This document shows positions 8,318 to 17,406 of a stretch of DNA of 39,920 bases, one piece after another. The first letter of the stretch is position 1; each line of letters starts with the position of its first letter. The notes below the pieces were generated by a model, which worked only from the letters and a program-made list of their open reading frames with translations, was not told where the DNA came from and made no database searches. The position numbers and the translations under genes are program-made. The stretch comes from a virus (lineage: Duplodnaviria; Caudoviricetes): positions 1 through 39,920 of the IMG/VR virus record IMGVR_UViG_3300017747_002560. One strand, 5' to 3'.

Positions 8318-8517
8318 TCCGCAAGCTCACCATTCTCCGGGATAAGGCAAAGATAGCCTTAGCTAAATGCGAGCCTAGATATCGGAAGCAGGCAAGAGAA
8401 CGTCTGCAAAGAATTGAGTTCGCTTTGTATATGGCGAAGCAGGAACGGGATTCAATCAGACAGCGGAGCAATCGGGACTTGGTTTGCGGTCACCGTTCCA
8501 GCGGGGTCGCTGCGTGA
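8314..8517 (+). CDS. hypothetical basic protein
   Basis: ATGA coupling. Confidence 0.55.
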   Translation: MIRKLTILRDKAKIALAKCEPRYRKQARERLQRIEFALYMAKQERDSIRQRSNRDLVCGHRSSGVAA

Positions 8518-8717
8518 CGAGAATAAAATATGAGCAAGTTTACGACGGGGATTGGGTAGAGCCGACGCCGCAGCGCGGTCACAAGATGCGGTGCTGTGAT
8601 TGCTCGCTGATCCACGTCATGGATTTTCGGGTGAAGAACGGCAAGGTGCAATTCCGCCCGCGCCGCGACAAACGAGCCACCGCCGCCGCTCGCCGCAAGG
8701 GAGCGAAGGCAACATGA
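8514..8717 (+). CDS. small phage protein with CCDCxLxH motif
   Basis: GTGA coupling; CCDCSLIH. Confidence 0.65.
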   Translation: MTRIKYEQVYDGDWVEPTPQRGHKMRCCDCSLIHVMDFRVKNGKVQFRPRRDKRATAAARRKGAKAT

Positions 8718-8881
8718 ACGATGCCCGAGGCCACACAGACGCCAACGCCGGTGCCCCTTCCGTTCTTGTCGCGTATGGCGAGGACGATGCTCGGATATTG
8801 CATCAATGTTCGCTGGCCGGAATGTACCTTCCGCTTGTTTTGGCAGACGGTAGCCGACGATTGCCGCGCGAGGTCGCATGA
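8714..8881 (+). CDS. hypothetical protein
   Basis: ATGA coupling on both sides. Confidence 0.4.
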   Translation: MNDARGHTDANAGAPSVLVAYGEDDARILHQCSLAGMYLPLVLADGSRRLPREVA

Positions 8882-9090
8882 GCGTTGGATCGGGAAAGCA
8901 TATGCGTCGCTGGCGTAATGTCGGCGCTATTATGAGCAAAAGATTTGATGCGGAATCCGAACTGCGCAAGCGGTTCGGTAAATCGGGTCTCAGTGTGAAG
9001 CCGGAGCAATCCGGGAATAACCGGCCAACACCCGCGATTGAGCCAAAGGCTGAGATAGGCTCAATCATTTTGACTGGCGGTGGTTCTTGA
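8878..9090 (+). CDS. hypothetical protein
   Basis: Coupled to rusA by TTGA overlap. Confidence 0.45.
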   Translation: MSVGSGKHMRRWRNVGAIMSKRFDAESELRKRFGKSGLSVKPEQSGNNRPTPAIEPKAEIGSIILTGGGS

Positions 9091-9458
9091 CCGTCCTCAA
9101 CCTCCCATTCCCGCCAAGCCTCAATAATATGTTCATTAACGGACAGCGGGGCCGCTTCCGTTCGCAGAAGTACGACACATGGATACATGAGGCGGGCGCG
9201 GAAATAATGCGCCAGCGGCCTTCTAAAGTGGCTGGGCCTGTCATCCTGACATTCGAGTTTCAGGAAGGCCGCGATAACCGCAAGCGGGACATATCGAACC
9301 TCGTCAAGGCCCCGGAAGATTTGCTCGTCAAACACGGAATCATTGAGGCTGACGACGGCAGCATAGTCCGGTCGATCACTTCCAGGTGGACTCCGGAAGT
9401 CGAAGGCGTTCGCGTGACGATTGAATCCATTTTTGCAAACAAGGAAACAGCAGCATGA
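9087..9458 (+). CDS. rusA: RusA-family Holliday junction resolvase
   Basis: [25 protein letters not shown] motifs. Confidence 0.9.
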   Translation: MTVLNLPFPPSLNNMFINGQRGRFRSQKYDTWIHEAGAEIMRQRPSKVAGPVILTFEFQEGRDNRKRDISNLVKAPEDLLVKHGIIEADDGSIVRSITSRWTPEVEGVRVTIESIFANKETAA

Positions 9459-9724
9459 ACGAGAGCATCGGACACAACAGCGAGCCGGTAGAGGCATTCG
9501 CCAAGGAACAACTTCGTTCGATCATTGAGCGGGTGGAACGGCTGGAGGAGGAGAAGAAAACCATCTCCGACGACGTGAAAGATGTCTACACCGAGGCCAA
9601 GGGCAACGGCTTCGACGTGAAGGCGCTGCGCACGATTGTCAGGCTTCGCAAGATGAATGCCGGCGATCGAGCGGAAGCCGAGACGATCCTGGATACCTAC
9701 ATGCACGCGCTCGGGATGGTCTAA
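9455..9724 (+). CDS. gapR: GapR / DUF2312 (UPF0335) nucleoid-associated protein
   Basis: [35 protein letters not shown]. Confidence 0.92.
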   Translation: MNESIGHNSEPVEAFAKEQLRSIIERVERLEEEKKTISDDVKDVYTEAKGNGFDVKALRTIVRLRKMNAGDRAEAETILDTYMHALGMV

Positions 9725-10500
9725 TGCGCTGGCTGCGGCTGTACGACGACACGATCAACGATCCGAAGGTCTTGAAGCTGCCAGAGGCAACGCGCTGGCA
9801 CTGGATAGCCCTGCTTTGCGTGGCGTCGAAGAATGAAGGTAGTCTACCGCAGCTTGACGATATCGCAATTCAACTCCGGGTGACTGCTGCCAAGGCAACC
9901 GAGATCATCGCCGCGCTCGTCAAGGCGCAGCTTCTCGACAAGATGGAAACGGGCTTTGCGCCGCACAACTGGAACGGTCGCCAATACAAATCGGACGTTT
10001 CAACCGAGAGAGTGAAACGTTTCAGAAACGGCAAACGAAACGTTTCAGAAACGGTTTCTGAAACGCCTCGCTCTGTATCTGTATCTGTTTCTGAAGATGC
10101 TTTTCAGAAAGAAGAAAAGAAGAAAGAACCTTCATCTGATTTCGAGTTTGAGGATTTCTGGAACCTATGGCCGAATAAGGTTGGCAAGCCCGCTGCCTTG
10201 CGAGCGTTCGTCGCCGCCAGAAAACGCGCTGGCCTGGATGCAATCGTCGAGGGCGTGTTTGCCTACATCCGCGACAAGCCCCCTGATCGCCCTTGGCTGA
10301 ACCCCGCGACGTTCCTCAATCAAAACCGTTGGGAAGACCAACCGGCACAGGTGACAAATGCAAAACCACGAAGCGCGATCATTCAAGCCGCTGACGATCT
10401 CCGCCGAAAAATTGCCAGCTTCGATGGCCCAACAAGCGAAGCGGAACGAATACGCAGCGGAGAGGTCGAGGCTTCTCCTCGGCTGCTATCGCACGGGTGA
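9724..10500 (+). CDS. phage replication initiator (replisome organiser-like)
   Basis: WLRLY...DPKV N-terminus, low-complexity linker with iteron-like repeats, FEDFW..WP.K...PATFLNQ.RWED C-terminal domain. Confidence 0.8.
   Translation: MRWLRLYDDTINDPKVLKLPEATRWHWIALLCVASKNEGSLPQLDDIAIQLRVTAAKATEIIAALVKAQLLDKMETGFAPHNWNGRQYKSDVSTERVKRFRNGKRNVSETVSETPRSVSVSVSEDAFQKEEKKKEPSSDFEFEDFWNLWPNKVGKPAALRAFVAARKRAGLDAIVEGVFAYIRDKPPDRPWLNPATFLNQNRWEDQPAQVTNAKPRSAIIQAADDLRRKIASFDGPTSEAERIRSGEVEASPRLLSHG
10014..10130. promoter_or_regulatory. putative replication origin inside the initiator gene
   Basis: GAAACGTTTCAGAAACGG twice (10014-10031, 10037-10054), further GAAACG copies, TCTGTA repeats and an A-rich tract. 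Confidence 0.55.
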
Positions 10501-10927
10501 CGCGAACGACCCCGAAACGTATGTGGCGGCCATTGCGGCCGTGCTGGCGCAGTATTCGGAGGGGATCATTACCCAAGTCACGCATCCGACCACGGGCTTG
10601 CCGGTCAAGAAAAGCTGGTTGCCGACCGTCAAAGAAGTTCATGACGCTTGCGAGGAAGCCATGGCACCGGCCATTCGGCAGCAACAGCGGGAGCGACAGG
10701 TTGCCGAGCTTATGGCCGACCGGGAGGCGATCGAGGCGCAGCGCGGCCAGGTGCGGCCCACCTTGGACGAAATGAAAGCCAAGTACGGGCCGGATTGGGG
10801 GTTGGATCTCGACCCAGGCAAGGCGGATAGGACGACCTTCAAGGCCCTGAGCTGGGATGAAATCGCGGCGGGCTATTCGGCTGATCCATCGCTGATTGCC
10901 AGGCTTACTGCGAAAGACGAAGTGTAG
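10358..10927 (+). CDS. putative helicase loader / initiator partner (start uncertain)
   Basis: Directly after and overlapping the initiator; WLPTVKEV motif. Confidence 0.55.
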   Translation: MQNHEARSFKPLTISAEKLPASMAQQAKRNEYAAERSRLLLGCYRTGDANDPETYVAAIAAVLAQYSEGIITQVTHPTTGLPVKKSWLPTVKEVHDACEEAMAPAIRQQQRERQVAELMADREAIEAQRGQVRPTLDEMKAKYGPDWGLDLDPGKADRTTFKALSWDEIAAGYSADPSLIARLTAKDEV

Positions 10928-10958
10928 CGCGTCCAACCTCATCACAGGAAAGCATCAC

Positions 10959-11543
10959 GTGGCAGGCAAGATCAGACGCAAGGGGAAGCCTTACAACCCG
11001 GCTAATCCTGTTCATGACCGGAGAACAACCGATCTTGTCCGCGGCGCACAGGTTGCTCCGATTGAGATCGACGACCCGCTAGAGGCTGGGGGAAAGCTGT
11101 ACGTCATGCGATCGACGAGGGATGACCCTTTGGCAGACCATCACGCCAGAGGTCATATCGACGAAGCGCAGTACCAGGCGGGCCGGGCGTTTCAAAAGCA
11201 CTTTGGCGTTGCAGAGAGGGGGCCTAGAGCGGTTCAATGGTCGGAGGCGGTAGATGGAGACCCACCGCGGGAAAACCTCACGGACGGGCAGCTAATGGCC
11301 GGGAAATGGCTATCCAAATGCTATCGGGAATTGGGTGGTGATGGTTCGGCGATCATCCATGATGTTTTGGTCCATGCGAGAACTTCTAAGCAGATGGCGG
11401 CGGCGCGCGGATTTTCGGGCAAGGAATGGGAATCGTATTTCTCGAAGCGACTGTATGTGTGTTTGAACCAGATTGCGGCCGTTTTCGGTTTTGCGACGGA
11501 GCCAACTGGAAAACAGAGAATGCAAGTTAAGCCCAATTCATAA
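10959..11543 (+). CDS. putative late-gene activator / antiterminator (Q-positioned)
   Basis: RGHIDEAQYQAG motif and C-terminal sigma4-like HTH; GTG after AGGA; located before the late genes. Confidence 0.55.
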   Translation: MAGKIRRKGKPYNPANPVHDRRTTDLVRGAQVAPIEIDDPLEAGGKLYVMRSTRDDPLADHHARGHIDEAQYQAGRAFQKHFGVAERGPRAVQWSEAVDGDPPRENLTDGQLMAGKWLSKCYRELGGDGSAIIHDVLVHARTSKQMAAARGFSGKEWESYFSKRLYVCLNQIAAVFGFATEPTGKQRMQVKPNS

Positions 11544-11587
11544 TGGTTTCTATATCATATCAGCGCGGGTTGTGGTAGGGTTTTCAC

Positions 11588-12034
11588 ATGAAAAAAGGCG
11601 AGATGCTTTCCAAGATGATTACACTAGCGACGGAATTGCACGCCGGGCAATACGATAAGGGCGGCCGGCCCTACATCCTGCATCCGCTGACTGTCATGCA
11701 CCGTCTGCGGACAGACGATGAAGAGTTGCAGTGTATCGCGGTAGGCCACGACCTGTTGGAAGATACAAAGATTGGTCAGGAGAGTCTTCGCCGCCTCGGA
11801 TTTTCTGAGCGGGTTGTTAAGGGCATCGCCTGCTTGACAAAATACCCCGGTGAGGACGAAGCGCAGTATCGCGAGGCCGTCAAAGCCAACCCAGATGCGG
11901 TCCATGTCAAGATCGAGGACTTGCGCCACAACAGCGACATTCGGCGCCTAAAGGGTGTCAGGCTGAAGGACATCGCGCGGATGGTCCGCTATCACGAGTT
12001 TTATTTAGAGTTGAAAGCCGCTTCCTGTGAATAA
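11588..12034 (+). CDS. HD-domain hydrolase, RelA/SpoT small alarmone hydrolase (Mesh1)-like
   Basis: H..Q.DK.G.PYI.HP, HDLLEDT, VK..D..HN. Confidence 0.85.
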   Translation: MKKGEMLSKMITLATELHAGQYDKGGRPYILHPLTVMHRLRTDDEELQCIAVGHDLLEDTKIGQESLRRLGFSERVVKGIACLTKYPGEDEAQYREAVKANPDAVHVKIEDLRHNSDIRRLKGVRLKDIARMVRYHEFYLELKAASCE

Positions 12035-12056
12035 TATACCATCCCGCACAAAACAC

Positions 12057-12084
12057 TTGACCCCGGAGCAAAACCTGCTACAAA
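12057..12084 (+). promoter_or_regulatory. putative late promoter (PR'-like)
   Basis: TTGACC-N16-TACAAA preceded by GC, in an intergenic gap. Confidence 0.5.
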
Positions 12085-12176
12085 CGTCAATGTCGAAGTG
12101 ATTTGACTATGACCCGTCCGGGCGAAGCCGCAGAGCAAGCCCGCGAAGAAGCGAGCGCGTCGAAAGAGGAAGAACG

Positions 12177-12971
12177 ATGCCGCTCGCGATTGATCTGTTC
12201 TGTGGCCTTGGCGGCTGGACGGACGGCCTGTTGGCCGAAGGCTATGACGTGATCGGCTTTGACATTGAGCAGCACGCCTACGGCGATATGGCTTATCCCG
12301 GCAAGCTGGTCATTCAGGACGTTTGCACGCTGCACGGCTCGCAATTCAAGACCGCCACACTGATCGTCGCATCGCCGCCGTGTCAGGAATACAGCTACAT
12401 GGCAATGCCTTGGAGCCTCGCGAAGGCGAAGGCGAAGGCTATCCGAGAGGACACGACCGGCGCAAAGCTCGCCGCCCTCAATCGGCTGTTCAACGAGTGT
12501 TTCCGCATTCAGAAAGAGGCATCGTTCGCGGCGGGTCGGCATATCCCGTTGCTGGTCGAAAACGTGCGCGGTGCGGAGCCATGGGTCGGTCGTGCTCGCT
12601 GGAATTTCGGATCGTTCTATCTGTGTGGCGACGTGCCGGCCCTGATGCCGATCACACTCAACGCCACCAAGGTTCCGGGTTTCCGCTTTGACGGGTCTGG
12701 AAAGTCTTTCCAGACCGCCTCTGTTGTCGAGGCGGTCAAGGTGCCCAGCGCCAGCGGTAGACGAACGGACAAGGGCAAGGGCGCGCGCTTTACGTTTCGC
12801 GATTGCGGGATGGAAGGCCGTAAGGGCGGCGGCGACTGGTTCGGAAGCGGCGAGAACGCCTCGTTGCAGCGGCGTCATGGTTCCAAATCCAGCGGCCGGA
12901 AAATGGCAGCCGCCATGATCGCCAAGATTCCGTTGCCGCTCAGCCGTCATATCGGGGCGACCTTCCGATGA
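12177..12971 (+). CDS. atypical DNA cytosine-5 methyltransferase
   Basis: DLFCGLGG (I), FDI, SPPCQ (IV), ENV (VI); no clear motifs VIII-X. Confidence 0.75.
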   Translation: MPLAIDLFCGLGGWTDGLLAEGYDVIGFDIEQHAYGDMAYPGKLVIQDVCTLHGSQFKTATLIVASPPCQEYSYMAMPWSLAKAKAKAIREDTTGAKLAALNRLFNECFRIQKEASFAAGRHIPLLVENVRGAEPWVGRARWNFGSFYLCGDVPALMPITLNATKVPGFRFDGSGKSFQTASVVEAVKVPSASGRRTDKGKGARFTFRDCGMEGRKGGGDWFGSGENASLQRRHGSKSSGRKMAAAMIAKIPLPLSRHIGATFR

Positions 12972-13230
12972 ACTGTGGAAAAGGGAGTCATGTATATAAT
13001 TCCCTTTTATTTGCTAAATCACATAAGCCAGAATTATTCGCTAAACCATATAAAGCCGCTGGATTTATACGGCTTAACATATCGGACAGCCCAAAAGTCG
13101 CGGTCGCACAATCCCCTAATAACCGGCGACGCCAGTGTACTTTAGCTGTCCGGCCCCGAGTGCGGTTAGAATCCGCCAGTCCAGTGGACCGGGGCGCTTA
13201 TTCAACATCGGCAAGAGCGGAGATTGCGAA

Positions 13231-13452
13231 ATGGTTGCACAAATCATCCAGTTCCGCCCGCGCCCAAATCCAACCCGCGACCAGATGACGGCAGAACAGC
13301 GGGCCATAGAAACCATTACCGAGAACCTGTCAGGCGAGCCTGGAATGGTAGGCATGGAACCCGTGATCATGATCCCCTTCGGCGGCCAAGGCATCGACGG
13401 GATGTTTACCGATACGGCATGTTCTGAAATGAACCCGGACCAGCCGGCGTGA
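13231..13452 (+). CDS. hypothetical protein
   Basis: GGAG RBS; MVAQIIQFRPR start. Confidence 0.55.
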   Translation: MVAQIIQFRPRPNPTRDQMTAEQRAIETITENLSGEPGMVGMEPVIMIPFGGQGIDGMFTDTACSEMNPDQPA

Positions 13453-13566
13453 TTAGCTGCTCACATTGGGGCCTGTTCCTCGTAACGGAGGACATGCAAT
13501 ACGCGCCGGGGTGGGTAAAGATTCGCGATGGCGTCTATCAATCGCTCAACTTCGGGCCGGAATTGA

Positions 13567-13803
13567 ATGGCAGCGCGTAAGCAGCTATGGCATCCCGACG
13601 AGGTAAGGCAGAAAATCCAAGCCAGTCAGTTAATCAACCGATTGACAGACCACGTTAATTCGCCAACGCCTTTGATGGACAGTAGCCAAGTAACCGCCGC
13701 AATCAAGTTGCTCGGGAAGGTGCTACCTGATCTGTCGGCAACGCAGCTCACCGGCAATGACGGCGGGCCTATACAGGTTTCATGGCTGCCGCCCGAACGG
13801 TAG
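13567..13803 (+). CDS. terS: terminase small subunit
   Basis: KIQASQLINRL...LLGKVLPDL..TGNDGGPI; immediately upstream of TerL. Confidence 0.8.
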   Translation: MAARKQLWHPDEVRQKIQASQLINRLTDHVNSPTPLMDSSQVTAAIKLLGKVLPDLSATQLTGNDGGPIQVSWLPPER

Positions 13804-15095
13804 TTCTGCCCTACTCGCCAAGGCGCGTCTTTCAAGCGTACCACGATCGAGCCGAGCGATGGGCCGCCATTGTAGCGCACCGCCGCGCGGGCAAGACGGT
13901 AGCTTGCATCAATGACATGGTGCGGCGAGCCATCATGCTCAAGATACCGCATGGGCGCTTTGCCTATGTGGCCCCGTTTCTGGCGCAGGCCAAGGAAGTC
14001 GCCTGGGAATACCTCAAGCGGTTCGCCCAACCGATCATCGCGGACAAGAACGAGGGCGAGCTTTGGGTGGAGCTGGTCAACGGGGCCAGGATACGCATTC
14101 ACGGCGCTGACAACCCGGACAGGCTCCGCGGCGCATATCTGGACGGCGTTGTGCTTGACGAATACGCCGACATGCGGCCGAGCGTCTGGGGCGAGGTGAT
14201 CCGGCCCATGCTGGCCGATCGGCAGGGCTGGGGTACGTTCATCGGCACGCCGAAGGGGCGAAACGAGTTTTACGACGTGTGGGCGCGGTCGCAAGCGTCT
14301 GCTGACTGGTTCGCGCTGATACTGCGGGCCTCGGAAACGGGGATCATCGCGCCTGACGAACTGGAAGATGCCCGCGGCGACATGACGCCGGAGCAATACG
14401 CGCAAGAGTTTGAATGCTCGTTTGAGGCGGCCATTCTCGGCGCCTATTTCGGCAAGGAGATTGCGGAGGCTGAGCGGGCAGGGCGGATCACGGAGGTTGA
14501 CGCTGATCCTAACCTGTTGGTTCACACGGCATGGGATTTGGGCATCGGCGATAGTACGGCGATCTGGTTCTTTCAGGTCTCCGGCGCTGAAATACGGGTG
14601 ATTGACCATTACGAGGCGCACGGGCAGGGCTTGCCGCATTACGCAAGCGTGCTGGCGTCGAAGCCTTACCGATACGGCGATGATTGGGTGCCGCATGATG
14701 CCAAGGTGCGGGAGTTGGGCACCGGCAGAACGCGGGTTGAGACGCTAATCAGCCTTAACCGAAACCCGAAGGTTGTTCCCGATCACAAGATATTCGACGG
14801 CATCAACGCCGCGCGCATGACGCTACCGCGGGTCTGGTTCGACCGCATACGCTGCAAAGACGGCATAGAGGCGCTTAGGCAATACCGCGCCGAGTTCGAC
14901 GAGAAAACACATTCATTCAAGGATAACCCACGGCACGATTGGTCGAGCCATACCGCTGACGCCTTCCGTTATCTCTGCATGGCGTGGCGGTCGCAAACTG
15001 TCGTGGTGGACAAGCCCAAGCCCAAAGCCAAGCCCGGCCAGGTCTACTTGCCCGGCCCGCCAGTAGCGCCGAAGGGCGTAAGGATTCGCATTTAA
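13782..15095 (+). CDS. terL: terminase large subunit
   Basis: HRRAGKT (Walker A), VVLDE (Walker B), GTPKG, WDLG, H.ADA nuclease motifs. Confidence 0.95.
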   Translation: MAAARTVVLPYSPRRVFQAYHDRAERWAAIVAHRRAGKTVACINDMVRRAIMLKIPHGRFAYVAPFLAQAKEVAWEYLKRFAQPIIADKNEGELWVELVNGARIRIHGADNPDRLRGAYLDGVVLDEYADMRPSVWGEVIRPMLADRQGWGTFIGTPKGRNEFYDVWARSQASADWFALILRASETGIIAPDELEDARGDMTPEQYAQEFECSFEAAILGAYFGKEIAEAERAGRITEVDADPNLLVHTAWDLGIGDSTAIWFFQVSGAEIRVIDHYEAHGQGLPHYASVLASKPYRYGDDWVPHDAKVRELGTGRTRVETLISLNRNPKVVPDHKIFDGINAARMTLPRVWFDRIRCKDGIEALRQYRAEFDEKTHSFKDNPRHDWSSHTADAFRYLCMAWRSQTVVVDKPKPKAKPGQVYLPGPPVAPKGVRIRI

Positions 15096-17227
15096 TGGCC
15101 GTTGAACCAACCCAAGACAGCGCGGAGACGACGGGCAAGCCCCGTTCCGCGAAGTATTGGCATGACCGGCTGGCCGAGTACAAATCCGCCATTGAGGAGA
15201 AGTGGGGCAAGCGTCGGGAGAACATCGACAAGCTCTATTCCAAGGATGAGCGCGCGGACTCGGCTGACCGTGAGTATTCGATCTTCTGGGCCAATATCGA
15301 GGTACTGAAGGAAGCGGCTTACGCACGTACCCCGGTGCCTGTGGTTGACCCGCGGTTCAAGGTGCCGAACAAGGTTGCCTCTACCGCGTCCGATGCTGTT
15401 GAGCGCTGCCTGATCACGGGCTTTGAACAGTCTGACCTCGATGGCTGTATGCGAGAGGTTCGTGACGAGTTCCTGATGTACTCCCGCGGGACGGCCCGCG
15501 TTCGGCTGGAAATGCTGAACGGGGTTTCAAAACTCGCGTTCGATCATTTCACGGCCTGCGACTTCGCCCATGACCCGGCGCGCAACTGGCGCGAGGTCAA
15601 ATGGGTTGGCTTTCGGGCATGGCTGACCCAGGACGAGGGCGCCAAGCGGTTTGACGAGGCGCTAAAGCCGTTCGGCTTTACCTTCGCCGACGTGCCGAAG
15701 AAAAAGCGCGACCCGAACGCGGTCGCGACCGACAAGACCGAGGATAAGGTTCCGGTTTGGGAAATCTGGTGTCGGACCACCGGCAAGGTGCATTTCGTCG
15801 CGGAGGATTTTGACACCGAGCTGGACACGCAAGACCCGTGGCTGGATCTGACCACGTTCTGGCCGTGCCCGCGCCCGGTATTTGGTACCACCGTCCCCGG
15901 CAAACTAAAGCCGGTTCCTGATATCGTCCAATACAAGGACCAGATAGAGGAAATCAACGAATATACGGCACGGATTTCGGCGCTGTCGGAAAGCCTTCGC
16001 ATGAAGGGCTTCTATCCGGCGGGCGCTAGCGAGGTATCCGATGCCATCGAAGCGGCGATAAAGTCGCTGGATAACCGCGCAACATTGGTGCCGATCTCGT
16101 CCTATGCGGCGCTGGGCGGGGCCTCGTACAAGGATTCGATTGTATGGCTGCCAGTTGTGGACGCCTTGCAACTGATCACGGGGCTTGTAGAGCTTCGCCG
16201 CGTTGTTATTGACGATGTTTACCAGATCACGGGCATATCGGACATTGTGCGCGGCCAGTCCGATCCCAACGAGACGCTAGGCGCACAGCAGCTTAAAACA
16301 CAATGGGGTTCGCTGCGTATTCGTGGCCGGCAGAACGAAATGGCGCGGTTCGCGCGGGACATGACCCGGATTGGCGCGGAGATCATCGCGGAGAATTTCG
16401 AGCCTGAGACGATCATGGCGATGTCGCAATTAAACCTGCCGAAGCAGCAGGACAAGGCGATGGCCCAGATGAAGATCAAGCAGGTGCAGGCGCAAGTCCA
16501 AGAGCAGGCGCAGATGGCGCAAGCGCAGGGCCAGCCCGCCCCGCCGATGCCCGAGATGCCTCCGGAAATGCAGACCATGCTGGAAACGCCATCTATTGAG
16601 GAAGTGATAGCATTCCTTCGCGATGACAAGGCGCGCGGCTTTGTGATCGAGGTCGAGACGGATTCGACCATTCAACCCGACGAGGATGCCGACAAGCAGC
16701 GCCGTGTCGAGTTCGCAACCGCAATCGGCACGCTGTTCAAGGAAGCCGCACCGATGGTGATGCAGGCGCCGCAGATGGCCCCGTTCCTGGGGGAAGTGCT
16801 GAAGTTCACGGCGCAGGGCTTTAGGGCCGGGCGACCGCTTGAGGGCGCGATTGACGATCTTGTCGAGCAGATGAACGCGATGGCGAAGCAGGCCAACCAG
16901 CCGCCGCCGCCCGATCCGAAGGTAGAAGCCGAGAAGGCCAAGGCAGAGACGGCCAAGGTGCAGTCGGAAGCCAAACTGAAGGAAACCGAGGCCAAGACGG
17001 CGGCCACGATGGCGGAATTGCAGGCCAAGATGCAGGCGATGAATGACCAGCGCGTCATGGAGCGGCAGGCCCAAGAAGCCGAATTGCAGTTTCTCTATGA
17101 CAAGCTAGGGATCGAGCGCGAAGGCATGAGAATGAAGGCCGAGGCCAGCGAGCGTCAGGCGCAACTGAGCATGGAAACCGCCGAGCATAAGGCAAAGCAG
17201 GCCAAAGAGACTGAGGATGTGGACTGA
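15095..17227 (+). CDS. portal protein (P22-like, long helical C-terminus)
   Basis: Position after TerL, ~710 aa, ITGISDI.RG...ETLGAQQLK, Q/A-rich C-terminal helix. Confidence 0.85.
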   Translation: MAVEPTQDSAETTGKPRSAKYWHDRLAEYKSAIEEKWGKRRENIDKLYSKDERADSADREYSIFWANIEVLKEAAYARTPVPVVDPRFKVPNKVASTASDAVERCLITGFEQSDLDGCMREVRDEFLMYSRGTARVRLEMLNGVSKLAFDHFTACDFAHDPARNWREVKWVGFRAWLTQDEGAKRFDEALKPFGFTFADVPKKKRDPNAVATDKTEDKVPVWEIWCRTTGKVHFVAEDFDTELDTQDPWLDLTTFWPCPRPVFGTTVPGKLKPVPDIVQYKDQIEEINEYTARISALSESLRMKGFYPAGASEVSDAIEAAIKSLDNRATLVPISSYAALGGASYKDSIVWLPVVDALQLITGLVELRRVVIDDVYQITGISDIVRGQSDPNETLGAQQLKTQWGSLRIRGRQNEMARFARDMTRIGAEIIAENFEPETIMAMSQLNLPKQQDKAMAQMKIKQVQAQVQEQAQMAQAQGQPAPPMPEMPPEMQTMLETPSIEEVIAFLRDDKARGFVIEVETDSTIQPDEDADKQRRVEFATAIGTLFKEAAPMVMQAPQMAPFLGEVLKFTAQGFRAGRPLEGAIDDLVEQMNAMAKQANQPPPPDPKVEAEKAKAETAKVQSEAKLKETEAKTAATMAELQAKMQAMNDQRVMERQAQEAELQFLYDKLGIEREGMRMKAEASERQAQLSMETAEHKAKQAKETEDVD

Positions 17228-17406
17228 TGGCGATCTGGGAAAAGGCCACGCCGGCAGCGGAAACGCCCGGCGCGCGCATTGATGTTGACGCTCTTGGCAC
17301 ATCCTGGGTTCGCATTCTCTCGCCCTCGTTCCGGCTCAACGATGGCAACGATTACACCTATGTCGGTTTCGGCAATCAACTGCTTACTGCGGAGGATTTA
17401 CTATGA
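17227..17406 (+). CDS. small hypothetical protein (59 aa, MAIWEKATP...)
   Basis: Read manually; overlaps both neighbouring genes. Confidence 0.55.
   Translation: MAIWEKATPAAETPGARIDVDALGTSWVRILSPSFRLNDGNDYTYVGFGNQLLTAEDLL

Noticed and set aside
13083-13183. tRNA gene
   Set aside because: A T-arm-like hairpin is present, but no D-arm, anticodon arm or 7-bp acceptor stem could be built
8490-14696. Long antisense ORFs (8490-9497, 12087-12950, 13626-14696), and similar ones such as 27583-28692
   Set aside because: Shadows of GC-rich sense genes with no motifs, unlike the nested methylase frame, which supplies a missing motif
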